64,000 nt of DNA, taken from Halarcobacter sp. (GTDB lineage Bacteria > Campylobacterota > Campylobacteria > Campylobacterales > Arcobacteraceae). The notes below the pieces were generated by a model. The model searched no databases and was not told the DNA's origin. It was given only the letters and a program-made list of their open reading frames with translations. A program made the position numbers and the translations under genes. Of this stretch, positions 18,784 to 29,116 are shown in pieces. The stretch is from the NCBI GenBank assembly GCA_048571215.1, contig CP182352.1:1312001-1376000 (forward strand), in the 5' to 3' direction. Each line of letters begins with the position of its first letter. Within the stretch, counting starts at the first letter, position 1.

Positions 18784-19962
18784 ATGATACTAAATAAATT
18801 ACAAGCACTGGATGATCAATATCTAGACTCAATAGGTTTTGTATGGCATACGGATACTGATAACTCCTCTTATATAGCAGATGAGCTTGTTCAAATCAAT
18901 GAAGAGGAAGCAAATGCATATTATGAAGCTTGCAATGAGTTATATGATATGTTTTGTGAGGCTGGTGAATATGTGATAGAAAACAATCTATTCCATGAGA
19001 TTAATATCCCATTTAACCTAGTAGAGCTTATAAAAGAATCTTGGGAAAATGATGTTCATTGGCATCTGTATTCTAGATTTGATTTAGCTGGGGGAATTGA
19101 TGGAAAACCTATAAAACTTATAGAGTTTAACTCTGATACACCCACTTCACTTTTTGAAACAGCTATAATCCAATGGGCATTATTAAAAAAGAATAACTTA
19201 ACTAATGTAAGTCAATTTAATAACTTATATGATGCACTTATAGATAATTTTAAAAGAATTATTACCCTAGAAAGTGATTTAGAGAAGTTTGAAGAGTATT
19301 ACTCTAAACTAAACTGGAAAATTTTATTTTCATCAATTTCAAGTTCATCTGAAGATATAAATACAACAAAACTTTTACAACATATTGCAAATGAAGCTGG
19401 GTTTAATACTGATTTTGAGTATATTGAAAATGTACAGTTTAGTGATGAGGGTATTTTCAAAGATAAAGAAAACTTTGAGTTTTGGTTTAAACTTATACCT
19501 TGGGAAGATATAGCAATAGAGGAAAGTGAACTTGCCCTACTTTTAACTCAAATTATAAAAGATAAAAAAGCGATTGTATTTAATCCTGCTTATACACTTA
19601 TGTTTCAATCAAAAGGTTTTATGAAAATACTTTGGGACTTGTACCCTAATCATCCTTTACTTTTAGAAACCTCTTTTGAACCTTTAGTGGGTAAAAAACA
19701 AGTAGAAAAAAGATGTTTTGGAAGAGAAGGAGCAAATACAAAAATCATAAATGTTGATGGTTCTATTGATGCACAAACGCAAGGTGAATATGAAGGTCAC
19801 AAAGCTATCTATCAAGAGTATGTTGAACTTCCAAGGGATGAAAAAGGAAACTCATATCAAGCGGGTGTATTTTATGCCTATGAAGCTTGTGCTTTAGGGT
19901 TTAGAAGAGGTGAAAAAATATTAAATAATATGTCAAAATTTGTAGGACATATGATAAAGTAA
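18784..19962 (+). CDS. Glutathionylspermidine synthase family ATP-grasp protein
   Basis: RFDL..G, KLIEFNSDTPTSLFE, FKLIPWE, GREGAN. Confidence 0.9.
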   Translation: MILNKLQALDDQYLDSIGFVWHTDTDNSSYIADELVQINEEEANAYYEACNELYDMFCEAGEYVIENNLFHEINIPFNLVELIKESWENDVHWHLYSRFDLAGGIDGKPIKLIEFNSDTPTSLFETAIIQWALLKKNNLTNVSQFNNLYDALIDNFKRIITLESDLEKFEEYYSKLNWKILFSSISSSSEDINTTKLLQHIANEAGFNTDFEYIENVQFSDEGIFKDKENFEFWFKLIPWEDIAIEESELALLLTQIIKDKKAIVFNPAYTLMFQSKGFMKILWDLYPNHPLLLETSFEPLVGKKQVEKRCFGREGANTKIINVDGSIDAQTQGEYEGHKAIYQEYVELPRDEKGNSYQAGVFYAYEACALGFRRGEKILNNMSKFVGHMIK

Positions 19963-19967
19963 TACTT

Positions 19968-21995
19968 CTAAGTATTACTTTTATCTTCTAAATCTAGTGT
20001 TATTATAAACTTAGCACCAATATAGTTTTTATCATTGTAATTGTTAGATGAATTCTCAACTTTTATATCCCCTTTCATACTTTCAACTACAATCTGATAA
20101 GCCATATATAAACCAAGACCAGTACCTTGTTCTTTTTCTTTTGTAGTAAAATATGGCTCAAATACTTTATTTATAATATCTTCATCTATTCCGCCTGCTG
20201 TATCTTCTATGGTTATAACAGCTTTATTATCTATAGTATCTGTAGAGATAAATATAATTCTATCTTCATCCTCTTCTTGCTTTTTCTTTAGTGCATCTTT
20301 TGCATTATTTAAAATCACAACTAAAACTTGAATCAATTCATTTTTATAATTATGCAATTCAATATCTTTTTTGTATTTTTTTATAATCTGTAAATTATGA
20401 TTATGGATAGAAGAATCAAATATATTTAAGGCATTTTCTACAGCAACTTTTATCTTAAAATGGACTTTTTCTTTTTCATTTTTTATATAGTTTTTAAAAT
20501 CCTCAATAACTTGTGATAGATATTTGGCATTTTTAACAATCCCATCAGAAAACTCAATAATATCTTCATCAGTTAAAATATCCATTTCTTTTTTTATTTT
20601 TAGTCCACTTGCAGCAGTAGAGATTGTACTTAATGGTTGCCTCCATTGGTGTGCAATATTTCCAATCATTTCTCCTAGGGCGACCATTTTTGATTGTTGA
20701 GAAAGTATTTTATCTTTTTCTTTTAACTCTTTTATTCTATTGGCAATCTTTTCCTCAAGCTGTTCATTTAAATCTTTTAATTGTTTTGTTTTTTCTTCAA
20801 CTTTTTCTTCTAGTTCCTCTTTATTTCTTTCTATTTTTGATTTATATATTTGAAAACTATTATTTATTTGATTTGAAATAAAATAGGAGATAACAATAAC
20901 TATAAGCAAAATTATCAAAACAAAATAGATAGATTTTGATAAAACCTCTTCAACTCCTTTTTCTTTTTCTTTTTTTGTTTTTTCCAATGCAAGTTCAAGA
21001 TCTTCCATATAAATGCCTGAACCAATAACCCAATTCCAGTCTTTAAAATATTTTACAAAACCAATTTTTTTGCTCATTTCATCTTCATTTGGTTTTGCCC
21101 AGTAATATTCTACAAAATTACCATCTTTGTTTTCTAAAGCTTTTTTTATAAATAATTGTATAATTTTTGTATTTTTTTTATCTACAAGTTCTTTATCATT
21201 TTTACCTATATCTTCTTTTCTATATGGATTATAAATAAGAGTATGATTTATATCGTGTATCCAAATATACCTATTTTTATTGTATTTAAACAAATCTAAT
21301 CTTTTTATTGCTTCTTCTTTTAGCTGTATATCAAAATCTTCTATATATTCACCATAACCAATATACCAATTAAAAGGTTCAAAGATTTTTACGAATGAAA
21401 TTTTATCAGATTGTTTTTTATTTGATAATTTATACCACTTATATTTTAAAAAGCCCTCTTTTTTTGTTTTTACAATATTTATAGCTTCCCGTACAAAATA
21501 TTTACCTGTAGCATCTTTTAGATTGTATGAAAGTGTATTTTCATTTTCTGGTGAAGATGGTGTTAGTTTTGAAACAGATTTATTATCACTTATAATATGT
21601 TCAACAAATAAATATCCATTGTTTCCAAATCTTATTTTTTTTAAAACATTTAAAATCTCTAATCGTAATTGTTTATCTGACCTAAACTCTTTTTTTTCTT
21701 TATAGATTTTTGAAATCAACTCATGTGCCATATAAACTCTGCGAATAAGTCTTTTTTCTAATCTTTCATTAGATTCTAGTTTTTTATACGATAGATAATT
21801 GTAATAGTTATTAACTATATTTTTTAAACCTTGTGCTTCTAGTCTTACTTTTTGATTTTTTGAAGTTTCTATGTCATATTTAGTATGGGTATTAAGAAAA
21901 GATATTGCAATATATAGTGTACTAAAAGTACTAATTATGATAAAAAAAATCGGCAATAATAAGATTATTTTTGAGAGATTTTTTTCTTTAATCAT
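19968..21995 (-). CDS. Cache-domain sensor histidine kinase
   Basis: Two TM helices around tandem Cache domains; IAHQWRQPL H-box; NAKDA, DTAGGI, FEPYFTTK, GTGLGL. Confidence 0.92.
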   Translation of the reverse strand: MIKEKNLSKIILLLPIFFIIISTFSTLYIAISFLNTHTKYDIETSKNQKVRLEAQGLKNIVNNYYNYLSYKKLESNERLEKRLIRRVYMAHELISKIYKEKKEFRSDKQLRLEILNVLKKIRFGNNGYLFVEHIISDNKSVSKLTPSSPENENTLSYNLKDATGKYFVREAINIVKTKKEGFLKYKWYKLSNKKQSDKISFVKIFEPFNWYIGYGEYIEDFDIQLKEEAIKRLDLFKYNKNRYIWIHDINHTLIYNPYRKEDIGKNDKELVDKKNTKIIQLFIKKALENKDGNFVEYYWAKPNEDEMSKKIGFVKYFKDWNWVIGSGIYMEDLELALEKTKKEKEKGVEEVLSKSIYFVLIILLIVIVISYFISNQINNSFQIYKSKIERNKEELEEKVEEKTKQLKDLNEQLEEKIANRIKELKEKDKILSQQSKMVALGEMIGNIAHQWRQPLSTISTAASGLKIKKEMDILTDEDIIEFSDGIVKNAKYLSQVIEDFKNYIKNEKEKVHFKIKVAVENALNIFDSSIHNHNLQIIKKYKKDIELHNYKNELIQVLVVILNNAKDALKKKQEEDEDRIIFISTDTIDNKAVITIEDTAGGIDEDIINKVFEPYFTTKEKEQGTGLGLYMAYQIVVESMKGDIKVENSSNNYNDKNYIGAKFIITLDLEDKSNT

Positions 21996-22008
21996 AGCTT
22001 ATAAACCT

Positions 22009-22950
22009 TTAAGTATCGTAAGTGGCTATATATTTGTCGACTAAATCTGTATCTACTATCAAATCTAAATTCATTAAATAAATATTATTTAATTTGAAAT
22101 ATTTTAGTTTTACAAAATCCTTTTCTGTAGTGATTATATCATAATCTTTATATTTTTTTATTATTTTGTTTATATCTTCAGATGTGAAGTTATGATGATC
22201 TTCAAAGGCTTCGAGTTTTGTCTCTTTAGGTAAAAACTCTAATAATCTTTTTGGTTTTGATATGGCAGTTAATAATAAAAGTCTCTTAGGTAAGATATCT
22301 ATAGTTTCACCAGCTTTAGAAAAACTAACAACTCTTTTAAAATCTTTACCCTCTTGTAGTACTAAATTTGCTAAGGCATAGGTCATTTTAGGTTCTCTAT
22401 ACCCACCACTTGGTAAACAAAAGATATTTGTAGGTTCATTTTTGGGTCTTATAAGTATATCAAATTTATTAATATCATATTTAGAAAAACCATCATCTAA
22501 AAATACAATTTTACAAGCTAACTCTTTGGCCTTTAAAATAGCTTTTTTTCTATCTTCACTTACGATTATTGTTGCATTTGGTAAAGAATTAGCTAAAAGC
22601 ATCGCTTCATCTCCACTTTGTTTTACATCATCTATTAGTAGTTTGCCCTTACTTGAAACCACTAATAAACCTTTTGATTCTCTACCATATCCCCTTAAGA
22701 TTACACATACATTTTCATATTTTTTTGCAAGGTGTATTGTTAAAGGTGTTTTGCCACTTCCTCCCACAATTATATTTCCAATGGATATTATAGGTATACC
22801 AAAGTCTATACCCTTAGCATTGACTCTTTTTAACATTATTATTAACATATAGATCAAGGTTAAGGGAAGTAGAAAAAATGAGATTATTTTTTGAAAAATA
22901 TTTGGGAAGAAGAGATAATCTTCAACCCACATATAAAACTTTTGTTTCAA
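22009..22950 (-). CDS. lpxK: Tetraacyldisaccharide 4'-kinase
   Basis: SIGNIIVGGSGKTP, LRGYG, GDEA, LDDGF, TTEKD; start uncertain (TTG 22950 or GTG 22965). Confidence 0.92.
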   Translation of the reverse strand: MKQKFYMWVEDYLFFPNIFQKIISFFLLPLTLIYMLIIMLKRVNAKGIDFGIPIISIGNIIVGGSGKTPLTIHLAKKYENVCVILRGYGRESKGLLVVSSKGKLLIDDVKQSGDEAMLLANSLPNATIIVSEDRKKAILKAKELACKIVFLDDGFSKYDINKFDILIRPKNEPTNIFCLPSGGYREPKMTYALANLVLQEGKDFKRVVSFSKAGETIDILPKRLLLLTAISKPKRLLEFLPKETKLEAFEDHHNFTSEDINKIIKKYKDYDIITTEKDFVKLKYFKLNNIYLMNLDLIVDTDLVDKYIATYDT

Positions 22951-22955
22951 ATATT

Positions 22956-24092
22956 TTATACCCACTCAGAAGCGATATCAATAATTTGGTCACAAATATA
23001 GTTTACTTCGTCATTTGTAAGACCTGGGTACATAGGTATTGATAATATTTGTTGATAAGAGCTTAATGCTGAACTAAACTCAGTGATTTTTATAGAGTAT
23101 TTTGTTTTATAATACGTTAAAAGGTGTAAAGGGATATAGTTAAGTCCTGTTGCAATTCCTCTTTCTTTTAAAGCTCTTGCAAAAGCATCTCTATTTCTAG
23201 AAATTTTTATAATAAAGTGAGTAAATATATGTTCATCTTTATGTGTAGGGATAGATACATGTTTAATACCTGATAATCTATCTTTATATATTTTTGCTAT
23301 CTCTTTTCTTCTTTTTATAAATTTATTTGTTTTCTTTAGTTGTGCAAGAGAAAATGCTGCATCTAAATCTGACATATCATATTTATGACCAATATCAACC
23401 ACATCATATATATAATCTAAGTTTCCAAAATCATCATAGGTAGTAGTGATTGCATGAGTTCTAAGAAGTTTTGCTCTTTCTGCTATTTCTTGATTATTTG
23501 TTACTATTAAACCTGATCTACTAAGAGTATATTTACCATTTGATGGGTTTGTTGAAAAGATTGTCATATCTGCTCGTAGACTTCCTACAGTTTCATCTTT
23601 ATATGTAACTCCTAAAGCACAACTTGCATCTTCTATTAGAATAATTCCATATTTTTCTGCTATATCATAAATTCTATCTAAATCAGGAGTTTGTCCTGCA
23701 ACAAAAGTGATAATAGCACCTCTTAGTTTTTTACTTTTATTTTCAATAAGAGCTTTTTCAAATTTGTTTACATCGATATTCATATCATCACTATTTATAT
23801 CTATAAAAATAGGTTCTGCATCAAAATGTCTAACCACTTCAGGTACATTAACAAATGAGTTAACTGACATAAGAATTTTATCACCTCTTTTTAGTTTTAT
23901 TGCGCTTAATGCTAGATGAATAGCTGCTGTTGCATTGCATGTAGCAACTGCATATTTAGCACCAACAAAATTTGCAATATTCTCTTCTAGTTCTAAAACT
24001 TTATTGTCACCTTTATTTAATTCTAAAACATTTTTAATTTGATTTAACTCTTCTTCTGCTACTGACATTTTGTAAAAAGGTATATCTCTCAT
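22956..24092 (-). CDS. DegT/DnrJ/EryC1/StrS-family aminotransferase-like protein
   Basis: ATAAIHLAL, P.FIDI, IEDA, LSIPMYP family pattern; PLP-lysine region atypical. Confidence 0.85.
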   Translation of the reverse strand: MRDIPFYKMSVAEEELNQIKNVLELNKGDNKVLELEENIANFVGAKYAVATCNATAAIHLALSAIKLKRGDKILMSVNSFVNVPEVVRHFDAEPIFIDINSDDMNIDVNKFEKALIENKSKKLRGAIITFVAGQTPDLDRIYDIAEKYGIILIEDASCALGVTYKDETVGSLRADMTIFSTNPSNGKYTLSRSGLIVTNNQEIAERAKLLRTHAITTTYDDFGNLDYIYDVVDIGHKYDMSDLDAAFSLAQLKKTNKFIKRRKEIAKIYKDRLSGIKHVSIPTHKDEHIFTHFIIKISRNRDAFARALKERGIATGLNYIPLHLLTYYKTKYSIKITEFSSALSSYQQILSIPMYPGLTNDEVNYICDQIIDIASEWV

Positions 24093-24094
24093 TA

Positions 24095-24853
24095 TTAACT
24101 CCATTTTATATTTGCAATTATTGGCAACTTACCTTTAAAGGCATTTGATTTTATTCTATAAATTAATCTATCAATCAATATCTCATCATGACCTAAAGCG
24201 ATAACTTCATCTTTATTTTTATTTTCATCAACTAATAATTTAAGTACTATATCCATCTCTTTATAAGAATAACCAAGCTCCTCTTCATCACTTTGACCTT
24301 CCCATAAATCAGCACTTGGCTTTTTATTTAAAATTGATTCAGGAACTCCAAGAGTTTTTGCAAATTCAAATTCATCACTTTTATAAATCTCTCCAATAGG
24401 ATTAATAGCACAAGCTATATCTCCAAAAATAGTACCATAACCTAAAAGTAGTTCACTTTTGTTTGAAGTTCCTACAACAATTGATTTATCTCTCGAAGAG
24501 GTATCATATAAAACTGACATTCTCATTCTTGCACTAAAGTTACCAATTCTTAGTTTGTCTTCATCCATATTTTCAATATATGCTTCAACCATTGGAGCAA
24601 TAGATTTAACTTCGTACTTAATATCAAATTTTTCACAAAGTTCAATAGCATCTTCAATACTACTTTTTGATGAAAATTGTGAAGGCATTAGCACTGCACT
24701 CATGTTATCACCAAAAGTTTCTTTGCAAAGTATTGCAACTACCGCTGAATCAAGTCCCCCTGATACTCCAACAGTAACTTTTGATAAACCTGTTTTTTCA
24801 AGTTCTGTTTCTAAAAAGTTTTGTAATTGTTGTTTTATATCTTTCCAATTCAT
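24095..24853 (-). CDS. nadE: NH3-dependent NAD+ synthetase
   Basis: SGGLDS, NFSARMRM, GTSNKSE, PSADLW. Confidence 0.95.
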   Translation of the reverse strand: MNWKDIKQQLQNFLETELEKTGLSKVTVGVSGGLDSAVVAILCKETFGDNMSAVLMPSQFSSKSSIEDAIELCEKFDIKYEVKSIAPMVEAYIENMDEDKLRIGNFSARMRMSVLYDTSSRDKSIVVGTSNKSELLLGYGTIFGDIACAINPIGEIYKSDEFEFAKTLGVPESILNKKPSADLWEGQSDEEELGYSYKEMDIVLKLLVDENKNKDEVIALGHDEILIDRLIYRIKSNAFKGKLPIIANIKWS

Positions 24854-24881
24854 AATTATCCTTTAATAAACTTTATTATAT

Positions 24882-25094
24882 TTAATCTTCCTTTGTTTTT
24901 TCATAAATTTCATCTAAAAAATCAAAAGTAGATTCTCTTATTTGGTTTTTTTTAACAATTAGGTCATCTCTAATCGAAATTAGCTCACTTAATTGAAAAT
25001 AATCTAAAAAATTAGAATTTATTTCTATAGTATCATTTTTATTTGTTGCTATTAATTGTTTTATCTCTTCAATTAGTTCGTATTTTTCTTCCAT
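24882..25094 (-). CDS. Hypothetical protein (70 aa)
   Basis: ORF packed within the operon; no family recognised. Confidence 0.7.
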   Translation of the reverse strand: MEEKYELIEEIKQLIATNKNDTIEINSNFLDYFQLSELISIRDDLIVKKNQIRESTFDFLDEIYEKTKED

Positions 25095-25096
25095 TT

Positions 25097-25324
25097 TTAT
25101 CCATTAAATTTATTTAGTATCTCTTCTAAGTAGAGTTCCATTTTTTCTTCACCAATATCTGTTAAACTACTTTGACAACATTTACAACTAGTTCCAGCAT
25201 CTGTTAAAGAACCTAACTTTTCCATATTATTAGCATTTTTTTCTTTTATAGCATATATTATTTCACCTAAAGTTACATGTTTACAAGTGCAAACCTCATA
25301 TGAATGGGGAAATTTTCTAGCCAT
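25097..25324 (-). CDS. BFD-like [2Fe-2S]-binding protein
   Basis: VCTCKHVT...AGTSCKCC. Confidence 0.85.
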   Translation of the reverse strand: MARKFPHSYEVCTCKHVTLGEIIYAIKEKNANNMEKLGSLTDAGTSCKCCQSSLTDIGEEKMELYLEEILNKFNG

Positions 25325-25544
25325 TAATCTCCTTTAGTATATCTTTACAATAAAGTTGTTTTTTTATTTTTCCTTGGTCTGCTTCTTTGAAAATGCAGTT
25401 TCTACACTCAGTCCCAGCTTTTGTAATCTCTTGAAGCATACCTAAACTCTTTATACTATGTTCTTCAACTAAATCTCTTATTTGTCCTAATGTAATTTTT
25501 TTACAGTTACAAACTTCGTAGTTGTCATCAAAATCTTTTATCAA
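25317..25544 (-). CDS. BFD-like [2Fe-2S]-binding protein (tandem paralog)
   Basis: VCNCKKIT...AGTECRNC. Confidence 0.85.
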   Translation of the reverse strand: MIKDFDDNYEVCNCKKITLGQIRDLVEEHSIKSLGMLQEITKAGTECRNCIFKEADQGKIKKQLYCKDILKEING

Positions 25545-25545
25545 C

Positions 25546-26301
25546 TTAGATATTTCTCTCTTTTTTTATTATCTCATAAGCTTCATTTATCTCTTGCAGT
25601 TTTCTTGTAGCTTCTTCTATAATACTTTCATTTGCACCCTGCCCTGATAAAATATCTGGATGATGTTTTTTTACTAGGGTTCTATATCTTTTCTTTAAGG
25701 TGTTATTGTCATCACTAGGACTAGCTTCTAAAACCTCATAAGCTTTCTCAATAGATAAGGCTTGATTATTTTTTTGATCCCTATAAAAGTTTTCAAAAGC
25801 CTTAATCATATTTTCAAAATCTGATTTTTTTATTTTTAGGGCATTAGCAATATCTTCTGTAATCATAAACTCTGTTTTAGAAAACTCTTTATCAATAAAA
25901 GCAAGATTTAATAGATACTCCATAATCTTAACTCTTTTTTGATAATCAAATTTAGTGATTGAATATAGTTTATTACAAATATCTAAAGTATTATCAAAAC
26001 TCTCTTTTTCTTTTGCATAAATCTCTTTAAGTTTTTCTCTGATCTCATCTGCATTTTCAAAATGTCTTGAGATATCTGAAAATGTATGTTTTAACATTTG
26101 TGCTTCTAGTTCACAAACTTGACCATCTGCTTTTGCAACTTTTGCCATAAGTGCGACTAATAAACCTGCTTCATGGTTCATTAAATCCCCATCAAACCTC
26201 TCTTTTATATCCATCTTAATATTTTCAAACTTTTCAGTTTTGTAATTTTTTGCAATAAAATATAAAACAATACCTACTATAAATAAAAATAGCAATTTCA
26301 T
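25546..26301 (-). CDS. djlA: DjlA-like co-chaperone (TM + TerB-like + J domain)
   Basis: AKVAKADG TerB motif; C-terminal J domain with HPD. Confidence 0.85.
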   Translation of the reverse strand: MKLLFLFIVGIVLYFIAKNYKTEKFENIKMDIKERFDGDLMNHEAGLLVALMAKVAKADGQVCELEAQMLKHTFSDISRHFENADEIREKLKEIYAKEKESFDNTLDICNKLYSITKFDYQKRVKIMEYLLNLAFIDKEFSKTEFMITEDIANALKIKKSDFENMIKAFENFYRDQKNNQALSIEKAYEVLEASPSDDNNTLKKRYRTLVKKHHPDILSGQGANESIIEEATRKLQEINEAYEIIKKERNI

Positions 26302-26404
26302 ATGAACCCTTTGGATTATTTAAAATAATGGAAAGATTTTATCAAATAATTATTAAGTATGAGTTTATAAAGATAGATTTAGGTGTTTAAAATAAGTTTT
26401 AAAT

Positions 26405-26488
26405 TTATAAGAGGATTATTGCTTGGATAAAAAGCAATAATGCAGAAATAATAAAATAGTATCCACTGATTGTACTTAAAAATTCCAT
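26405..26488 (-). CDS. Unannotated 27-aa hydrophobic small protein
   Basis: AAGGAG (26495..26500), 6 nt, then ATG; MEFLSTISGYYFIISALLLFIQAIILL*. Confidence 0.6.
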   Translation of the reverse strand: MEFLSTISGYYFIISALLLFIQAIILL

Positions 26489-26625
26489 TGCATTCTCCTT
26501 ATTTTTATTTAGAATAATACTTATATAAGTAAACAATTTAGTTACAAATAAAAAAATGTCACTAAATAGTAATCACTTACCCTGTATCATATAAGTATTA
26601 ATAATATTTAAATTAGGAGTTAGTC

Positions 26626-26838
26626 ATGGAAAATTTTGGAATTTTTAAAGAGTTAAAATTAAGTTTATATAAATTTGATGAAAATAAAAAATTATTTGAG
26701 TACAACAATTGTTTTAATTTAAATATAGATTTATATAAATATTTAGCAGAAACAATATTAATAGTTAGATTTTTAAGAAAACATAACATTGAGTTTTTAG
26801 AAGATAATAGTGGAACCATTAAATTAATCCAAAAATAG
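26626..26838 (+). CDS. Hypothetical protein (70 aa)
   Basis: AGGAG ribosome-binding site before ATG. Confidence 0.65.
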   Translation: MENFGIFKELKLSLYKFDENKKLFEYNNCFNLNIDLYKYLAETILIVRFLRKHNIEFLEDNSGTIKLIQK

Positions 26839-26947
26839 TCTAATTTTAAAAATAAGATTATAAGCTCATATAATATTACGAAAACTAACTCAATTTTTAT
26901 TAAATATTGGGTAGAATCTTTGCTTTATAAAGATGATGGAGTTGTAT

Positions 26948-27352
26948 ATGTTCGGAATGGGTTTTATGGAAATTCTTCTAATTGCAATAGTTGCAATTAT
27001 TGCATTGGGTCCTGAAAAACTACCTAGTGCTATGGTAGAGATAGCAAAGTTTATTAAAAAGTTCAAATCAGGTTTAGAAGATGCAAAATCTACCCTTGAT
27101 AATGAGATTAATATAACTGAAATGAAAAGTGAAGCTTCTAAGTTTAAAGCTCAAATTGAAGATGCAAAATCAACTTTAGATTTAAAACAAAATGTTAATT
27201 TAGGGCTTGATAAGATTATTAATGAAGATGTAACTTTTGATAAGGTGGACAAAGTAGATAAGGAAGAAAAAATATCTATAAAGGAACCTAAAAAGAAAAA
27301 TAAAAAATCACAATCTAAAGATGAAAATATTAGTGTTGAGGAAGAAAAGTAA
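26948..27352 (+). CDS. tatB: Tat translocase subunit TatB
   Basis: MFGMGFMEILLIAIVAIIALGPEKLP. Confidence 0.95.
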   Translation: MFGMGFMEILLIAIVAIIALGPEKLPSAMVEIAKFIKKFKSGLEDAKSTLDNEINITEMKSEASKFKAQIEDAKSTLDLKQNVNLGLDKIINEDVTFDKVDKVDKEEKISIKEPKKKNKKSQSKDENISVEEEK

Positions 27353-28083
27353 TGTTAGAAGATTTAAAACCACACATTGCTGATTTACGAAAAAGATTAA
27401 TCTACTCAGCTTTAACTCTTATAGTTGCATTTTTTGCATGTTTTTCTTTTTATGAACCAATTTTACAATGGATGATGGTTCCTGTTGAAGCTGTTTTACC
27501 AGCTAACTCACATATGGTTGCAGTTGAGATTCAAGAGACTTTTTTTACAGCGCTTAAGGTTGCTTTTTTCTCTGGATTTATAGTTTCCTTACCTGTTATA
27601 TTTTGGCAAATGTGGTTGTTTTTAGCGCCAGGACTTTATGAACATGAAAAAAAGCTAGTAATACCTTTTGTGATATTTGCAACAACAATGTTTTTAATGG
27701 GTTCATCATTTGCTTATTATGTTGTTGTACCATTTGGTTTTGAATTTTTAATAAATTTTGGTTCAGCTGTTGTTACAGTATTACCTAGTATTGGTAAGTA
27801 TGTAGGGTTCTTCACTAAATTGTTATTTGGTTTTGGTGTGGCATTTGAATTACCAGTTATTACATTTTTTCTAGCAAAAATTGGTTTAGTCGATGATAGA
27901 ATGTTAAAAGATTTCTTTAAATATGCTGTTGTACTTATTTTTATTTTTGCAGCACTTTTAACTCCACCTGATGTTTTAACTCAGTTTTTAATGGCAGGAC
28001 CATTGATTTTATTATATGGTTTATCTATTTATATAGCAAAAATATTTAATCCAGCAAGTGTTGAAGAAGATGAGGAAGAGTAA
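27352..28083 (+). CDS. tatC: Tat translocase subunit TatC
   Basis: HIADLRKRL, FLAPGLY..EK, FELP, TPPD. Confidence 0.97.
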   Translation: MLEDLKPHIADLRKRLIYSALTLIVAFFACFSFYEPILQWMMVPVEAVLPANSHMVAVEIQETFFTALKVAFFSGFIVSLPVIFWQMWLFLAPGLYEHEKKLVIPFVIFATTMFLMGSSFAYYVVVPFGFEFLINFGSAVVTVLPSIGKYVGFFTKLLFGFGVAFELPVITFFLAKIGLVDDRMLKDFFKYAVVLIFIFAALLTPPDVLTQFLMAGPLILLYGLSIYIAKIFNPASVEEDEEE

Positions 28084-29107
28084 AATTTTAGACCCCCTTA
28101 AAACCTCAAGTTATGATTATAGTTTACCAAAAGAGTTAATCGCAACAAAACCAGTATATCCCGCTGATAGTGCAAGATTACTGGTTTATGATAGACAAAA
28201 TGACAAAATAACCCATACTACATTTAAACATCTTTTAGATTTTCTTCCAAAAGATTTATCTATATTTTTAAATGATACAAAAGTAATCAAAGCAAGAATT
28301 TTTGGTGAAAAAGAATCTGGTGGAAAAATAGAACTACTATTTAATAAACCTTTATTTATGGATAGATTTCTAGTAATGATTAGAGGGAAAGTAAAGCTTG
28401 GAACAAAACTTTTTTTTGATAATAAACTAAATGCAGAAGTTTTAGAAGTAAATGAAGATGGTAGTCGAGTTGTAAACTTTTTTCAAGGTGATAAAAAACT
28501 TGATTTTTTAGCTCTTGTTGAGATATTAAACTCTATAGGACATTTACCTTTACCACCTTATATGAATAGAGAAGATGAAGAAAAAGATAATGAAGATTAT
28601 CAAACTTTATTTGCCAAAAACTATGGGGCAGTTGCAGCTCCAACTGCATCCTTACACTTTACAAATGAGTTATTGGAACAATTAAATAAAAACTTTCCTG
28701 TAAACTACTTGACTTTACATGTGGGTGCTGGTACTTTTAAACCAGTTGATGTGGATGAGATATTATCCCATCCTATGCATAGTGAGTATTTTGAGATTGA
28801 TATTGAGGCTAAAAAAGCTATTGATGAGGCAAAAAAAGTTTTAGCAGTTGGTACTACTGTTACTAGAACTATTGAATACTATGCTAGAACAAATAAAATA
28901 CAAGGTGAATGTGATTTGTTTTTAAACCCAGCAAATAAACCTATAAAAGTTGATCATTTATTAACAAACTTTCATTTACCAAAATCAACACTTATTATGC
29001 TTATTGCATCATTTTTAGGATTAGAAAAAACTTTAGAGGTATATCAAGAGGCTATAAAAGAGAAATATAGATTTTACTCTTATGGCGATGGTATGTTGAT
29101 TATTTAA
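28070..29107 (+). CDS. queA: SAM:tRNA ribosyltransferase-isomerase
   Basis: NDTKVIKAR, PLPPY, AAPTASLHF, LHVGAGTF, TNFHLPKSTL, YSYGD. Confidence 0.97.
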   Translation: MRKSKILDPLKTSSYDYSLPKELIATKPVYPADSARLLVYDRQNDKITHTTFKHLLDFLPKDLSIFLNDTKVIKARIFGEKESGGKIELLFNKPLFMDRFLVMIRGKVKLGTKLFFDNKLNAEVLEVNEDGSRVVNFFQGDKKLDFLALVEILNSIGHLPLPPYMNREDEEKDNEDYQTLFAKNYGAVAAPTASLHFTNELLEQLNKNFPVNYLTLHVGAGTFKPVDVDEILSHPMHSEYFEIDIEAKKAIDEAKKVLAVGTTVTRTIEYYARTNKIQGECDLFLNPANKPIKVDHLLTNFHLPKSTLIMLIASFLGLEKTLEVYQEAIKEKYRFYSYGDGMLII

Positions 29108-29116
29108 GGAGAGAAA

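Noticed and set aside
26613..26819. Minus-strand 68-aa ORF
   Set aside because: Overlaps the plus-strand ORF 26626..26838, which has a clear AGGAG RBS.
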